A DNA stretch of 64,000 nucleotides from Acidobacteriota bacterium (GTDB lineage Bacteria; Acidobacteriota; Vicinamibacteria; Vicinamibacterales; JAKQTR01), in NCBI GenBank assembly GCA_040752275.1, contig JBFMFH010000101.1, positions 62,813 to 126,812 of the forward strand. The letters run 5' to 3'. Under the pieces are notes generated by a model, which did no database searches, was not told the DNA's origin, and worked only from the letters and a program-made list of their open reading frames with translations. The first letter of the stretch is position 1, and every line of letters begins with the position of its first letter. This document shows, one piece after another, positions 46,222 through 55,307 of the stretch. The position numbers were made by a program, and so were the translations under genes.

Positions 46222-46890
46222 ATGATGATCAGGCTTGCGATGGCGCGACGTCGGATGGCGGTGCTGCTCGGTGCCCTTCTGGCCGCCAGCCTCGGCTCGA
46301 CGTTTGGGGGTCCCGGTGCCGCACAGGCCGGGCAGGTGGGGGCGGCCGTCTCGCAGGTTTCGCAGACCACAAGCCAGGCCGTAGCGCAGCCGTCCGTCGA
46401 CGCAGGCGAGGACTACTTGCTCGGGCCGACCGACGTACTGTCCGTCGTGTTCTGGGGCGAGAAGGACCTGTCGATGGAGGTTACCATCCGGCCGGACGGG
46501 AAAATCTCGCTGCCGCTGCTCAACGACGTGGTGGCAGCAGGCCTGACGACCGAGCAGCTCCGCCACCAACTGACGGAACGAGCGAAGCGGTTCTTGGCGG
46601 CGCCGGTCGTCGCCGTGGTCCTTCGGCAGGTGAACAACAACAAGGTGTTCGTGACCGGTCAGGTGCTGCGCCCCGGACCTTACGTGGTGACCGGCCCGAC
46701 CACGATCCTGCAGGTGCTCGCCCTGGCCGGAGGGTTCACGGACTTCGCCGACCGGAAGCACATTCTGATCACCAGGATCGAGAACGGCGTCCAGCAGGCC
46801 CTGACCTTCAACTACGATGAGGTCGTGAAGAAACGCGATCTCAGCCAGAACATCATCCTGAAGCCCGGCGACACCGTGGTGGTGCCCTAG
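46222..46890 (+). CDS. polysaccharide export outer-membrane protein (Wza-like; Poly_export + SLBB)
   Basis: Signal peptide 'MAVLLGALLAASLG', 'YLLGPTDVLSVVFWGEKDLS...IRPDGKISLPLL', 'VFVTGQVLRPGPY'. Confidence 0.85.
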   Translation: MMIRLAMARRRMAVLLGALLAASLGSTFGGPGAAQAGQVGAAVSQVSQTTSQAVAQPSVDAGEDYLLGPTDVLSVVFWGEKDLSMEVTIRPDGKISLPLLNDVVAAGLTTEQLRHQLTERAKRFLAAPVVAVVLRQVNNNKVFVTGQVLRPGPYVVTGPTTILQVLALAGGFTDFADRKHILITRIENGVQQALTFNYDEVVKKRDLSQNIILKPGDTVVVP

Positions 46891-46891
46891 C

Positions 46892-48268
46892 ATGTCTGCC
46901 ACGTGCGCCTGCCGGCACTCCCTTGGGGGTCCTCGCCTCATCTGCGCTGTCACAGTGCTCCTGACCGGACTGACGGGACAACCCGCGCTGGCCGGAGAGG
47001 CCGCGCCGCAGAATCCGCCGGCACAGCCGGCGGGTCAGGCCGCGCCGCCCGTAGCCCAGGCGGCGCCGCCCTACCGGGGCCTGTTCGGAGCCGGCAGTCC
47101 TGCGGCGCCAGGCGGCCACGCACTCGACCTGACGACCTCCATCTACCAGGAGTACGGCAACACCGTAGACGACGCCGGCCTCGCCCTGGCCGACGTGCTG
47201 ACGACCGGCTGGTTCATGGGGATGCGGGGCGGGCTGTCCTTCGAGAAGGCCGGCCGTGACACCCGGTTCGGGCTTCGAGGCGAAGGCGCCTTCCGCTACT
47301 ACCGTGACACCAATCTCACGACCTCGCCGCGCTTCCGGCTCGATGTCGGCGTCGACAGCCGGACCGGAACGCGCGGGCAGAACATCTTGCGCCTCGGCGG
47401 GTCGGTCGACTACGAGCCCTACTACATCTTGCCGCTCTTTCCTTCGGCGGCACCGGTCACTGGCGGCGCGGCCATTCTCCCGTCGAGCCGGGACGATTTG
47501 ATCTTCCGCCGGAATCGGTACATCTACGGCCAGACGCTCGGACTGGAGCGACAGGTGTCGCCGCGCACCTACGTGAGCATCCACGAGGAGGCCCGTTACA
47601 CGGAGGCCGATACGCCGGGCCTCGACGTGCGGTCGGTGCGCGTCGGCGCACGCTACGGCTACCGCGTGACCCGCAACGCGTCGCTGCGGCTCGGCTACGC
47701 CTATCAGACCGGCCGATACGGAACCGATGCGGCGCAGCAGATGGAAGCCCACGATGTCGACATCTCCCTGGACTACCAGAGGCCGCTGACCCGGTCGCGC
47801 CGGACCACGTTCGGGTTCGGGGCCGGGTCGTCGCGGATCACGGCCCAGGCGAACCGCAAGTGGGAGATCGTCGGCACCGTGAACCTGCGCCACGAGTTCG
47901 AGATGGGCTGGTTCCTCCAGGGCGACTTCAGGCGAACCGTCCAACTGGTCGAGGGGTTTGCGGATCCCTTCATGGTCAACACCGTGACGGGCAGCCTCGG
48001 CGGATTCATGGGCCGGCGGGTGGAGCTCCTGGCGTCTGGCGGATACTCGCGAGGCGTGATTGGCTTCGGCGCGGACTCGTACGACGCGCTCCAGGGCTCG
48101 GCGCGGCTCCGATTGGCACTTGCGCGATTCCTGGCGGTCGACGCCGAAGCACTGGCGAACCAATACACCTTTGCCGCGCAGGTCCCGCTGCCGCCAGGGG
48201 TGCCGGCCGCGCTGAACCGCTGGGCGGTGCGATGGAACGTGTCGCTGTGGCTCCCGTTGTCGAGGTAG
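46892..48268 (+). CDS. putative outer-membrane beta-barrel protein of EPS loci
   Basis: Signal peptide followed by alternating beta-strand-like pattern rich in Y/R/G. It lies between Wza and the chain-length determinant. Confidence 0.55.
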   Translation: MSATCACRHSLGGPRLICAVTVLLTGLTGQPALAGEAAPQNPPAQPAGQAAPPVAQAAPPYRGLFGAGSPAAPGGHALDLTTSIYQEYGNTVDDAGLALADVLTTGWFMGMRGGLSFEKAGRDTRFGLRGEGAFRYYRDTNLTTSPRFRLDVGVDSRTGTRGQNILRLGGSVDYEPYYILPLFPSAAPVTGGAAILPSSRDDLIFRRNRYIYGQTLGLERQVSPRTYVSIHEEARYTEADTPGLDVRSVRVGARYGYRVTRNASLRLGYAYQTGRYGTDAAQQMEAHDVDISLDYQRPLTRSRRTTFGFGAGSSRITAQANRKWEIVGTVNLRHEFEMGWFLQGDFRRTVQLVEGFADPFMVNTVTGSLGGFMGRRVELLASGGYSRGVIGFGADSYDALQGSARLRLALARFLAVDAEALANQYTFAAQVPLPPGVPAALNRWAVRWNVSLWLPLSR

Positions 48269-48272
48269 GAGG

Positions 48273-49760
48273 GTGGACCCCGTGATCCCTGGCAGAACCT
48301 ACACACCGCAGGACGTCATCGAAGCGTTGTGGCGCCGCTGGCCGTGGATGGCGGGGGCGTTCGTGGTGCTCTCCGCTGCCGCGCTGGCCGCCGTGCTGTC
48401 CTTCGCCCGCAGCTACACCTCGGTGGCGACGATCCAGATTGTGTCGGAGCCTGTCGCGGACGGCTACGTCAAGACGACGCCGCAGACCCGATTGTCCGAT
48501 CGCCTGCCGAGTATCGGCCAGGCCACGCTGACCAGGTCGCGCCTCGAGACGATCATCAAGGACCTCGACCTGTACCCCGACATGCGTCAGCGCGCCGTGA
48601 TGGAGCAGGTGGTCGAGCGGATGCGCAGCGACATCACCTTCAGGTCGACCGATCGCGACGTCTTCAACCTGGGCTTCACGTCGCAGAGTCCCCGGGTCGC
48701 GCACGCGGTCGCCACGCGCCTGACGGCGTTGTTTCTGGAGGAGAACGCCCGGGACCGCGAACAGCAGGCGGAGGCCACCACGCACTTCCTGGACTCGCAG
48801 CTCGCCGACATCCGCAAGACCCTGGACACGCAGGAAGCCCAGCTCGAGACCTACAAGGCCCAGCATTCCGGCGAGCTGCCCACGCAGCTGTCGCTCAACG
48901 TCCAGGAGCTGAACAACAGCCAGAACAACCTGCGATCCCTGCTGGAGACCATCGCCCGCGATCAGGACCAGAAGCTGTTTATGCAGCGGCAGCTGGAGGT
49001 CGCGCAGTCGTCCGCGGACGTGGCCATTGCGGCCGCGGGAACGGGAGGCGTGACGTTCGGCGGCGATCCCGCGTCGGGCCAGGGGCAGCCCGATCCACTC
49101 GAGGCCGCCAGGGCCACGCTGAAGTCCCTGGAACTCCGGCTGACGCCGGAGCATCCAGATGTGCAGCGGACGAAGCGGCTCATTGCGACCCTCGAACAGC
49201 AGAAGGCCCGCGAACGGACCGCATCCGGCCGTGTGGAAGAGACCAATCCTGCCAGTCTCCGGCGGGACTACCAGCTCCGCGAGCTGCGGGGGCAGATCGA
49301 CACACTGGACAGGCGCCTGGCCGCCAATAGCGAACAGGTGCGCCATCTCCGGGCGCGAATCGACCAGTACTCCCGGCGCATCGATGCCACGCCGCTGCGG
49401 GAATCCGAGCTGGCGACCCTGAGCCGAGACTACGAGGATACGAAAAAGCTGTACTCGAGCCTCCTGGCGCGGAAGCAGGAAGCCAGTATGGCCGCGAACC
49501 TGGAGCGCAAGAACATCGGCGACCGCTTCCGCGTGATCGAGCCCGCGCAATTGCCGCAGCGGGCGTCCAGCAAGAGCCGGAGAAGCCAGCTCCTCCTGGG
49601 TCTGATGGTGGCGCTGGGGGTGAGCGTTGCCCTGGGGGCGTTCATCGAGTACCGCGACACCAGCGTTCGCACCGAGACGGACGTCGCGGCGGTGCTGCAC
49701 CTGCCCGTGCTGGCGGTGATTCCGGATCTGCGCAGCCCGGCCATTCGAAGATCCCGTTGA
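48273..49760 (+). CDS. polysaccharide chain-length determinant (Wzz/GumC family)
   Basis: An N-terminal TM 'WMAGAFVVLSAAALAAVL', a long coiled-coil periplasmic region, and a C-terminal TM 'LLLGLMVALGVSVALGAF'. Confidence 0.8.
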   Translation: MDPVIPGRTYTPQDVIEALWRRWPWMAGAFVVLSAAALAAVLSFARSYTSVATIQIVSEPVADGYVKTTPQTRLSDRLPSIGQATLTRSRLETIIKDLDLYPDMRQRAVMEQVVERMRSDITFRSTDRDVFNLGFTSQSPRVAHAVATRLTALFLEENARDREQQAEATTHFLDSQLADIRKTLDTQEAQLETYKAQHSGELPTQLSLNVQELNNSQNNLRSLLETIARDQDQKLFMQRQLEVAQSSADVAIAAAGTGGVTFGGDPASGQGQPDPLEAARATLKSLELRLTPEHPDVQRTKRLIATLEQQKARERTASGRVEETNPASLRRDYQLRELRGQIDTLDRRLAANSEQVRHLRARIDQYSRRIDATPLRESELATLSRDYEDTKKLYSSLLARKQEASMAANLERKNIGDRFRVIEPAQLPQRASSKSRRSQLLLGLMVALGVSVALGAFIEYRDTSVRTETDVAAVLHLPVLAVIPDLRSPAIRRSR

Positions 49761-49771
49761 GGTCAATCGCC

Positions 49772-50665
49772 ATGAACAGGACGTCCACCGCGGAGCGGAT
49801 CGGCCACGACTTCCTCGGGGAGCACGAGCGCCGGTGGGCACAAAGCGCCCGTGAGGCAGATCGCCTGTCCGGCGTCTCTGGAGAATCAGTGAGCCGCTTC
49901 GACGTCGTCGACGGCGGAAGGCGGGACCCGGCCGACCGCACACCAGAGCGGCTGTCAGCGCCGGCCTTCGACCGCTCGCAGACCACTTCCTGGAGCCCGG
50001 TGCCAGCCGCGGGCCAGGCGGCGGCCGTCGAACAGTACCGCCGCTTGGCCGCCGCACTGCTGCAGGCGCAGGTCGAGCGCGGCATCAGGGTGGTGATGAT
50101 TACCTCGTCGGTGGCCGGCGAGGGCAAGAGTCTGACGGTCGCGAACCTGGCGGTCACCTTGTCGCGGTCCTACCGGCGAAACACCCTGATCATCGATGCC
50201 GACCAGCGGTCTCCGTCCCAGCACGAGATCTTCAGAGTCGCGCACGGCCGCGGACTGAGCGACTACCTGCGCGACCACGACGACAGAGCCGCGCCCACCG
50301 TCGAGCTGCACCCGGGTCTGTCCCTGCTTCCCGCGGGGCCGCCGACCAACGATCCGATGGGAGGCCTGACATCGACCCGCCTGAAGGGCGTGCTCGCCGA
50401 CGCGTCCGCCACGTTCGACTTCACGTTGATCGACACGCCACCGGCGGCCTTGGTGCCCGATGCGGGCATCCTTGCGCCACTGGTCGATGGCTCGGTGCTG
50501 GTCATCGGAGCCGGCTCGACACCGTTCGAGGTCATCCGGCGGACCGTTGCCACCCTGGGCGCCGAGCGCATCCTGGGCACGGTGCTGAATCGGGCAGAAC
50601 GGACCGCCGGCGGCCGGTACGGATACGGGTACGGGTACGGCGAGTACGGGGATCCCCGGAGGTAA
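49772..50665 (+). CDS. cytoplasmic BY-kinase-type P-loop ATPase (CpsD/CapB-like) with a Tyr-rich tail
   Basis: Walker A 'SSVAGEGKS', A' 'LIIDADQR', B 'FTLIDTPP', and tail 'GGRYGYGYGYGEYG'. An alternative TTG start is at 49757. Confidence 0.8.
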   Translation: MNRTSTAERIGHDFLGEHERRWAQSAREADRLSGVSGESVSRFDVVDGGRRDPADRTPERLSAPAFDRSQTTSWSPVPAAGQAAAVEQYRRLAAALLQAQVERGIRVVMITSSVAGEGKSLTVANLAVTLSRSYRRNTLIIDADQRSPSQHEIFRVAHGRGLSDYLRDHDDRAAPTVELHPGLSLLPAGPPTNDPMGGLTSTRLKGVLADASATFDFTLIDTPPAALVPDAGILAPLVDGSVLVIGAGSTPFEVIRRTVATLGAERILGTVLNRAERTAGGRYGYGYGYGEYGDPRR

Positions 50666-50669
50666 CCCG

Positions 50670-52067
50670 ATGGCCCTACTGCTCAACCAGCGCGTGACAT
50701 GGCGTCTCGCGCTACCTGTCGTCATCGATACGACGCTGATCCTGTCGTCGGTGTTGGCGAGTGCGTTCCTGCTGCTCGGACCGGAGTTCCGCGAACAGGC
50801 AAGCGAGCCGTCGTTCTTCCTGAAGCTGTCACTCGTCGCCATCATCCTGCCCCTGGGACTGTATCTCGCTGACGTGTACGACGCCGAGGCCAAGGCCGAT
50901 TCCAGGCAGATCATCGTCCGCCTGCTGCAGTCGCTGGGGGTGACGACGCTGGCGTTCACCGCGATCTACGCAGCGGTACCCGCACTCGTGGTCGCTCGGG
51001 GCGCGTTTGCGCTGACCGTGGGCTTCATCCTCGGCCTGGTGCCGTTGTGGCGGGCCGTCTTCGACGAGGTCATCGACCGCCTGACACCAGGCGAACGCCT
51101 GCTGTTTCTCGGCACGAGGCCAGCAGCGGTGGCCCTGGCGCGGGACCTCGCCGCCCGCCAGCGGGATCTCAGCGTGGAGGTTGTGGGCTTCGTCGAGGCC
51201 GAATCATCGGCAGTACGGACCTTCGTCCGGGACCCCGGCATCATTGGCACCGTCCGGGATCTGCCTGCCCTCGTCGACCGGCTTCACGTCGACCGCGTCG
51301 TGGTCAGCCTTGGGGATGCCCGAGGCAGACTCCCGATGCAAGACCTGCTCGACCTGAAGCTGCAGGGTGTGCGATTCGACCACTTGGCGTCGGTGTACGA
51401 GGAGTTCACTGGCCGGATCGCGGTGGAGAATCTGCGGCCGAGCTGGCTGGTCTTCTCCGATGGCTTCAGAAAGCCCCGGGCGGTGACGGCGGCCAAGCGG
51501 CTGGTCGATATGGCCTCCTCCGCCGTCGGGCTGCTGGCAGGGCTGCCAATCATCGCGGCGGTCGCTGCCGCCATCAAGCTGACGTCGACCGGACCCGTGC
51601 TCTATCACCAGACTCGCGTCGGCAGCGGTGGCCGCACGTTCACCCTCCACAAGTTCCGTACCATGAGGACCGACGCCGAGGAGTCAACCGGACCGGTATT
51701 TGCCGCGGACGAAGATCCCCGGGTCACGCCAATCGGCGGGTTCTTGCGCCGCACCCGGCTCGATGAGCTGCCGCAGCTGTGGAACATCCTGGTGGGTGAC
51801 ATGAGCCTGGTCGGACCGCGGCCGGAACGACCCGAGTTCGTCACCAACCTGACCGAGCTGATCCCGTTCTACGGACTGCGGCACGTCGTCAAGCCCGGCC
51901 TGACCGGGTGGGCGCAGGTTCGCTACGCGTATGCCGCAACCGTCGAAGACACCATGGAAAAGCTGCAGTACGACCTGTTCTACATCAAGAACATGTCGGT
52001 CCTGCTGGATCTGTTGATCATCTTCTCGACGATCAAGACGGTGGTCCGACGCAGGGGATCGCGGTAG
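50670..52067 (+). CDS. polyprenyl-phosphate glycosyl-1-phosphate transferase (WbaP/EpsB-type priming enzyme)
   Basis: N-terminal TMs and the C-terminal bacterial sugar transferase motif 'LDELPQLWNILVGDMSLVGPRPERPEF'. Confidence 0.9.
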   Translation: MALLLNQRVTWRLALPVVIDTTLILSSVLASAFLLLGPEFREQASEPSFFLKLSLVAIILPLGLYLADVYDAEAKADSRQIIVRLLQSLGVTTLAFTAIYAAVPALVVARGAFALTVGFILGLVPLWRAVFDEVIDRLTPGERLLFLGTRPAAVALARDLAARQRDLSVEVVGFVEAESSAVRTFVRDPGIIGTVRDLPALVDRLHVDRVVVSLGDARGRLPMQDLLDLKLQGVRFDHLASVYEEFTGRIAVENLRPSWLVFSDGFRKPRAVTAAKRLVDMASSAVGLLAGLPIIAAVAAAIKLTSTGPVLYHQTRVGSGGRTFTLHKFRTMRTDAEESTGPVFAADEDPRVTPIGGFLRRTRLDELPQLWNILVGDMSLVGPRPERPEFVTNLTELIPFYGLRHVVKPGLTGWAQVRYAYAATVEDTMEKLQYDLFYIKNMSVLLDLLIIFSTIKTVVRRRGSR

Positions 52068-52079
52068 CGCGCAACAGCG

Positions 52080-52108
52080 GCACGGGCCGGCCTCAGGCCG
52101 GCCCGTGC
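52080..52108. terminator. perfect 13-bp GC hairpin between convergent genes
   Basis: GCACGGGCCGGCC-tca-GGCCGGCCCGTGC. It starts 13 nt after the stop at 52067 and ends 36 nt before the stop at 52144. No U-tract. Confidence 0.55.
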
Positions 52109-52143
52109 ATCCCCGGGCTCTCTGGAGGGAGAGGAGGAGTGAG

Positions 52144-52779
52144 CTAGACGAGCCCGGGATCTCCGATTCGCATCGTGTCCTGGATCTGCTTGCGGCGCTC
52201 GCGCATCCGGTCCGTTCGTTCCTTCATCCGCTTTTCGTGCTCCGCCTTCAGTTCCTTTGCCTTCTGCTGCTGTTCGGCCGTCAGCAGCGAGAAGACTTCG
52301 GCGTGGATCCGGCTCCGCAACACCGCCCCGTCGGCCTCCACGGCAGCGACGCCGGCTGCAGCCTCCCGGATGAGTGCCTCGTTGGGCACGTCGGCCGTGA
52401 TCGCGTCGTGAAGCGCCTTGCGTGCCTCGGCCATCCGTGCGCCGAGGGCGTCCAAGTCGGCCTGGTGCGACTCCATCACCGTGCGAACCTGTTCGCGCTG
52501 GGCGTCGGTCAGCTCGAGTGCGCGCATGCCTCCGCCGAACACCCCCAGCGGGCCGCCTGGTCCCCCGCGGCCGCCTCGCATGCCCGGGCCGCCCAGCATG
52601 CCGCGGCCGCGGCCGCCCATGGGCCCACCTGGTCCCCCGGGTCCCCCGGGACCCTGGAGCCTGGCGGGATCGCCGGAGCCGCGCTGCGCACTGGTCACGG
52701 CCGCCGCCAGACCCAGGATCATCATGGCTGCCGCTCCCGCGGCCACGACCTTGAGAAGCCTGTTATCCTTGATGCTCAT
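52144..52779 (-). CDS. periplasmic Spy/CpxP-family (LTxxQ) protein with a Gly/Pro/Arg/Met-rich N-terminal region
   Basis: Signal peptide and the LTxxQ motifs 'LELTDAQREQV' and 'LLTAEQQQKAKEL'. Confidence 0.8.
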   Translation of the reverse strand: MSIKDNRLLKVVAAGAAAMMILGLAAAVTSAQRGSGDPARLQGPGGPGGPGGPMGGRGRGMLGGPGMRGGRGGPGGPLGVFGGGMRALELTDAQREQVRTVMESHQADLDALGARMAEARKALHDAITADVPNEALIREAAAGVAAVEADGAVLRSRIHAEVFSLLTAEQQQKAKELKAEHEKRMKERTDRMRERRKQIQDTMRIGDPGLV

Positions 52780-52876
52780 CGACGACCTCCTTGTCGTTCA
52801 TTCTGTAAGATTAGACTGCGGGGGCCATGATGATCCTGCGGCTCACCTGTGAAAAGACTGTGACGGGCGGCCCCGG

Positions 52877-53635
52877 ATGACACGGACGCGACGCGCGCTC
52901 GTGGTCGAGGACGAATCCCACATCCGCGACCTCGTCTGCCTGCACCTGGACCTAGAGGGCTTCGCCTGCACGCCAGTGGGCGACGGCCGCGAGGCGTTGA
53001 CGGCGCTGGCCCACGAGCCGTTCGATCTGGTCGTCCTCGATCTGATGGTCCCCCGGGTCGACGGCTTTGCGCTATGCCGGGCGGCTCGGCGCGAGGGCCC
53101 CAACCAGCGCACGCCGATCCTGATGCTGACCGCGCGCCGGGACGAGTCGGACAAGGTCCTGGGCCTCGAAAGCGGTGCCGACGACTACCTGACCAAGCCG
53201 TTCGGCATCCGGGAACTGGTGGCCCGCGTGCGCGCACTGATGCGCCGCGCGGACCAGAGCGATCCCGCCCTGGCGGTCGGGGCAGCCGGTTGGACGGGAC
53301 CGAACGCTGCGGGCGGGGATCTTCCGCTCCCACCGCCGCTGCTCGTGGCGGACCTGGAGATCGATCCCGCCCGCCAGCGGGTCATCGTGGGCGGCCGTGC
53401 GGTCGAACTGACGACACAGGAGTTCAGGCTGCTGCACACCCTCGCCGCCCGTCCGGGGATCATCTTCAGTCGCGAGGCGCTGTTGCGTCGCGTCTGGCGC
53501 GGCGAAGCGAACGTCACGGATCGGAGCGTGGACGCGCTGGTCAAGCGCCTGCGCAAGAAGATCGAACCATCCACCGATCAGCCGCGCTACATCGTCACGG
53601 TGTGGGGTGCCGGCTACAAGTTCGCCGATGTCTGA
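52877..53635 (+). CDS. OmpR-family response regulator
   Basis: 'LVVEDESHIRD', 'LVVLDLMVPRVDG', 'GADDYLTKPF', and winged helix 'VTVWGAGYKF'. Confidence 0.9.
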   Translation: MTRTRRALVVEDESHIRDLVCLHLDLEGFACTPVGDGREALTALAHEPFDLVVLDLMVPRVDGFALCRAARREGPNQRTPILMLTARRDESDKVLGLESGADDYLTKPFGIRELVARVRALMRRADQSDPALAVGAAGWTGPNAAGGDLPLPPPLLVADLEIDPARQRVIVGGRAVELTTQEFRLLHTLAARPGIIFSREALLRRVWRGEANVTDRSVDALVKRLRKKIEPSTDQPRYIVTVWGAGYKFADV

Positions 53636-55133
53636 GCGCAGCTGGTTCCGGAGTCTGTACTGGCGAATCGCCGTCGGCTTCGTCGCCTTTCTCGCCGTGT
53701 TGCTCACCGTGCAGGCGGCGGTGTTCCTGTGGTTGGCCGCGCGCGAGACCAGCGAGAGCCGGACGAGAACACCGTTCGGCCAGGCTGCGCTGGTGGCATC
53801 GGACCTGGGCACCGCGCTCGAGACCGAGCCCGCACTCGACATCCAGCGGTGGCTGCGAAACCAATACGGCGACGCCATCCACCCGGTCGCCGTCGTGCTG
53901 CCGGACAACCAGGTCTTCGTATCTCACGCGGGTGTCGAACTTCCAGTGCCCCTTGTCGAGGCCGCCCAGCGCCGGCTGAGAATGGCCCGGCGCCTCCCAG
54001 GTGATCCAGCCGGGCGCCCGCCAGGCGGGCCGTTCCCAGGCAGGCCGCCCGGTGAGCCCGGTGGTCGAGGCATGCGCCAGCCGATGGCGGGCATTGCCCT
54101 GGTCGTCTCGGGCGGCCGCGTTGTCGCGGCCGTCGTGGCGCTGGTTGGCCCGGTGCTTCCCGGCCTGTTGCGGAGCTACGGCCCCTGGCTGCTCGCCATC
54201 GCGTTGGGGCTGACGCTCCTCGGCACCGGCCTGGCGGCACTCGTGATCTTCCGCCCTGCCCACCGGCGACTTCGCCAACTGGAGGACGCCGCTCGCCGGT
54301 TCGGCTCGGGCGACACCGCTTCGCGCGCCCCGGACGCCGGCGGGGATGAGATCTCGGCCGTGGCCCGGGCCTTCAACCAGATGGCCGGCGATCTGGCCGC
54401 GAGAGCCAACGCCCTGCGCGAATCAGACCAGGCCAGGCGTCAGCTCCTGGCCGACGTGTCCCATGAGCTGAGAACGCCCCTCACGGCCATCCGGGGCTAC
54501 CTCGAGACCCTGTCGATGTCGGAACTCGACATCGACGAGGCCCGGCGTGTCCGGTATGTATCGGTCGCGCTCGAGGAGGCCGATCGGCTCGAGCGCATCG
54601 TCGGAGACCTGCTCGATCTGGCGCGGCTGGACGCCGGAGCATTCCAGCTCGAAATGAACGTCGTCGAGGTTGCCGACCTGTTCAGGCGCGTTGCCGACCG
54701 GCATGAAAAAGAGGCGTCGGCGAGAGGCGTGCAGATTCGCGCCGAGGTCGGCCCGGGCGCCGAATCGGTGAGGGGGGATGCGGGACGCCTCGAGCAGGCA
54801 CTGCAGAATGTGGCGGCCAACGCCCTTCGCCACGCCCGGTCGGGCGGGCTCATCCACCTGAGGTCGACGCGACGCGCTGGCGACGTGGTCCTCGCTGTGC
54901 ACGATTCGGGCGAGGGCATCGCGCCGGAACACCTGGAGCGGATCTTCGACCGGTTCTACAAGGGCGATCACGCACGAGGCGGGGAAGGGCGGGGAAGCGG
55001 CCTCGGGCTCTCCATCGTGAAGGCCATCGTCGAGGGCCACGGAGGCCGCGTGACCGCCCGTTCCACTCCGGGCGTCGAAACCGTCTTCGAGCTAGCCCTG
55101 CCTGCCGCTGAACATCAGGCGCCCGATGCTTGA
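53628..55133 (+). CDS. sensor histidine kinase (2 TM, HAMP, HisKA, HATPase)
   Basis: 'LLADVSHELRTPLTAIRGY' and 'GSGLGLSIVKAIVEGHGG'. ATG 53628 overlaps the response-regulator stop. Confidence 0.9.
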   Translation: MSERSWFRSLYWRIAVGFVAFLAVLLTVQAAVFLWLAARETSESRTRTPFGQAALVASDLGTALETEPALDIQRWLRNQYGDAIHPVAVVLPDNQVFVSHAGVELPVPLVEAAQRRLRMARRLPGDPAGRPPGGPFPGRPPGEPGGRGMRQPMAGIALVVSGGRVVAAVVALVGPVLPGLLRSYGPWLLAIALGLTLLGTGLAALVIFRPAHRRLRQLEDAARRFGSGDTASRAPDAGGDEISAVARAFNQMAGDLAARANALRESDQARRQLLADVSHELRTPLTAIRGYLETLSMSELDIDEARRVRYVSVALEEADRLERIVGDLLDLARLDAGAFQLEMNVVEVADLFRRVADRHEKEASARGVQIRAEVGPGAESVRGDAGRLEQALQNVAANALRHARSGGLIHLRSTRRAGDVVLAVHDSGEGIAPEHLERIFDRFYKGDHARGGEGRGSGLGLSIVKAIVEGHGGRVTARSTPGVETVFELALPAAEHQAPDA

Positions 55134-55252
55134 TGCCGGACCCCGTGCTGGACCGCTCTCACCCTTCCGCGAGGCGAAGAGTCGGCCTCGGCCTCATCTC
55201 CATGGACCGGCGGGATGCGAGCGGAGTTACACTTACCGTCTTGGACCGAGGT

Positions 55253-55292
55253 CCCAATCCCGCTCGTGTCCGGGATTGTCTCAGCGGGATTG
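55253..55292 (+). repeat. degenerate GGGATT-type element: hairpin CAATCCCG/CGGGATTG plus direct repeat CGGGATTGTC x2
   Basis: Read directly in the spacer upstream of the GNAT gene. The two CGGGATTGTC copies are 14 nt apart. Confidence 0.5.
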
Positions 55293-55307
55293 TCGTGGGG
55301 AGGGGCC

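Noticed and set aside
48006-50057. 683-aa ORF antisense to the chain-length determinant and BY-kinase genes.
   Set aside because: Same reasoning: its composition is Arg/Pro/Gly-dominated, and the sense-strand genes carry Walker motifs and a coiled-coil/TM architecture.
50621-50650. A hexamer DNA repeat (GGTACG-like).
   Set aside because: It is explained by the coding sequence: it encodes the YGYGYGYGEYG tyrosine cluster of the BY-kinase.
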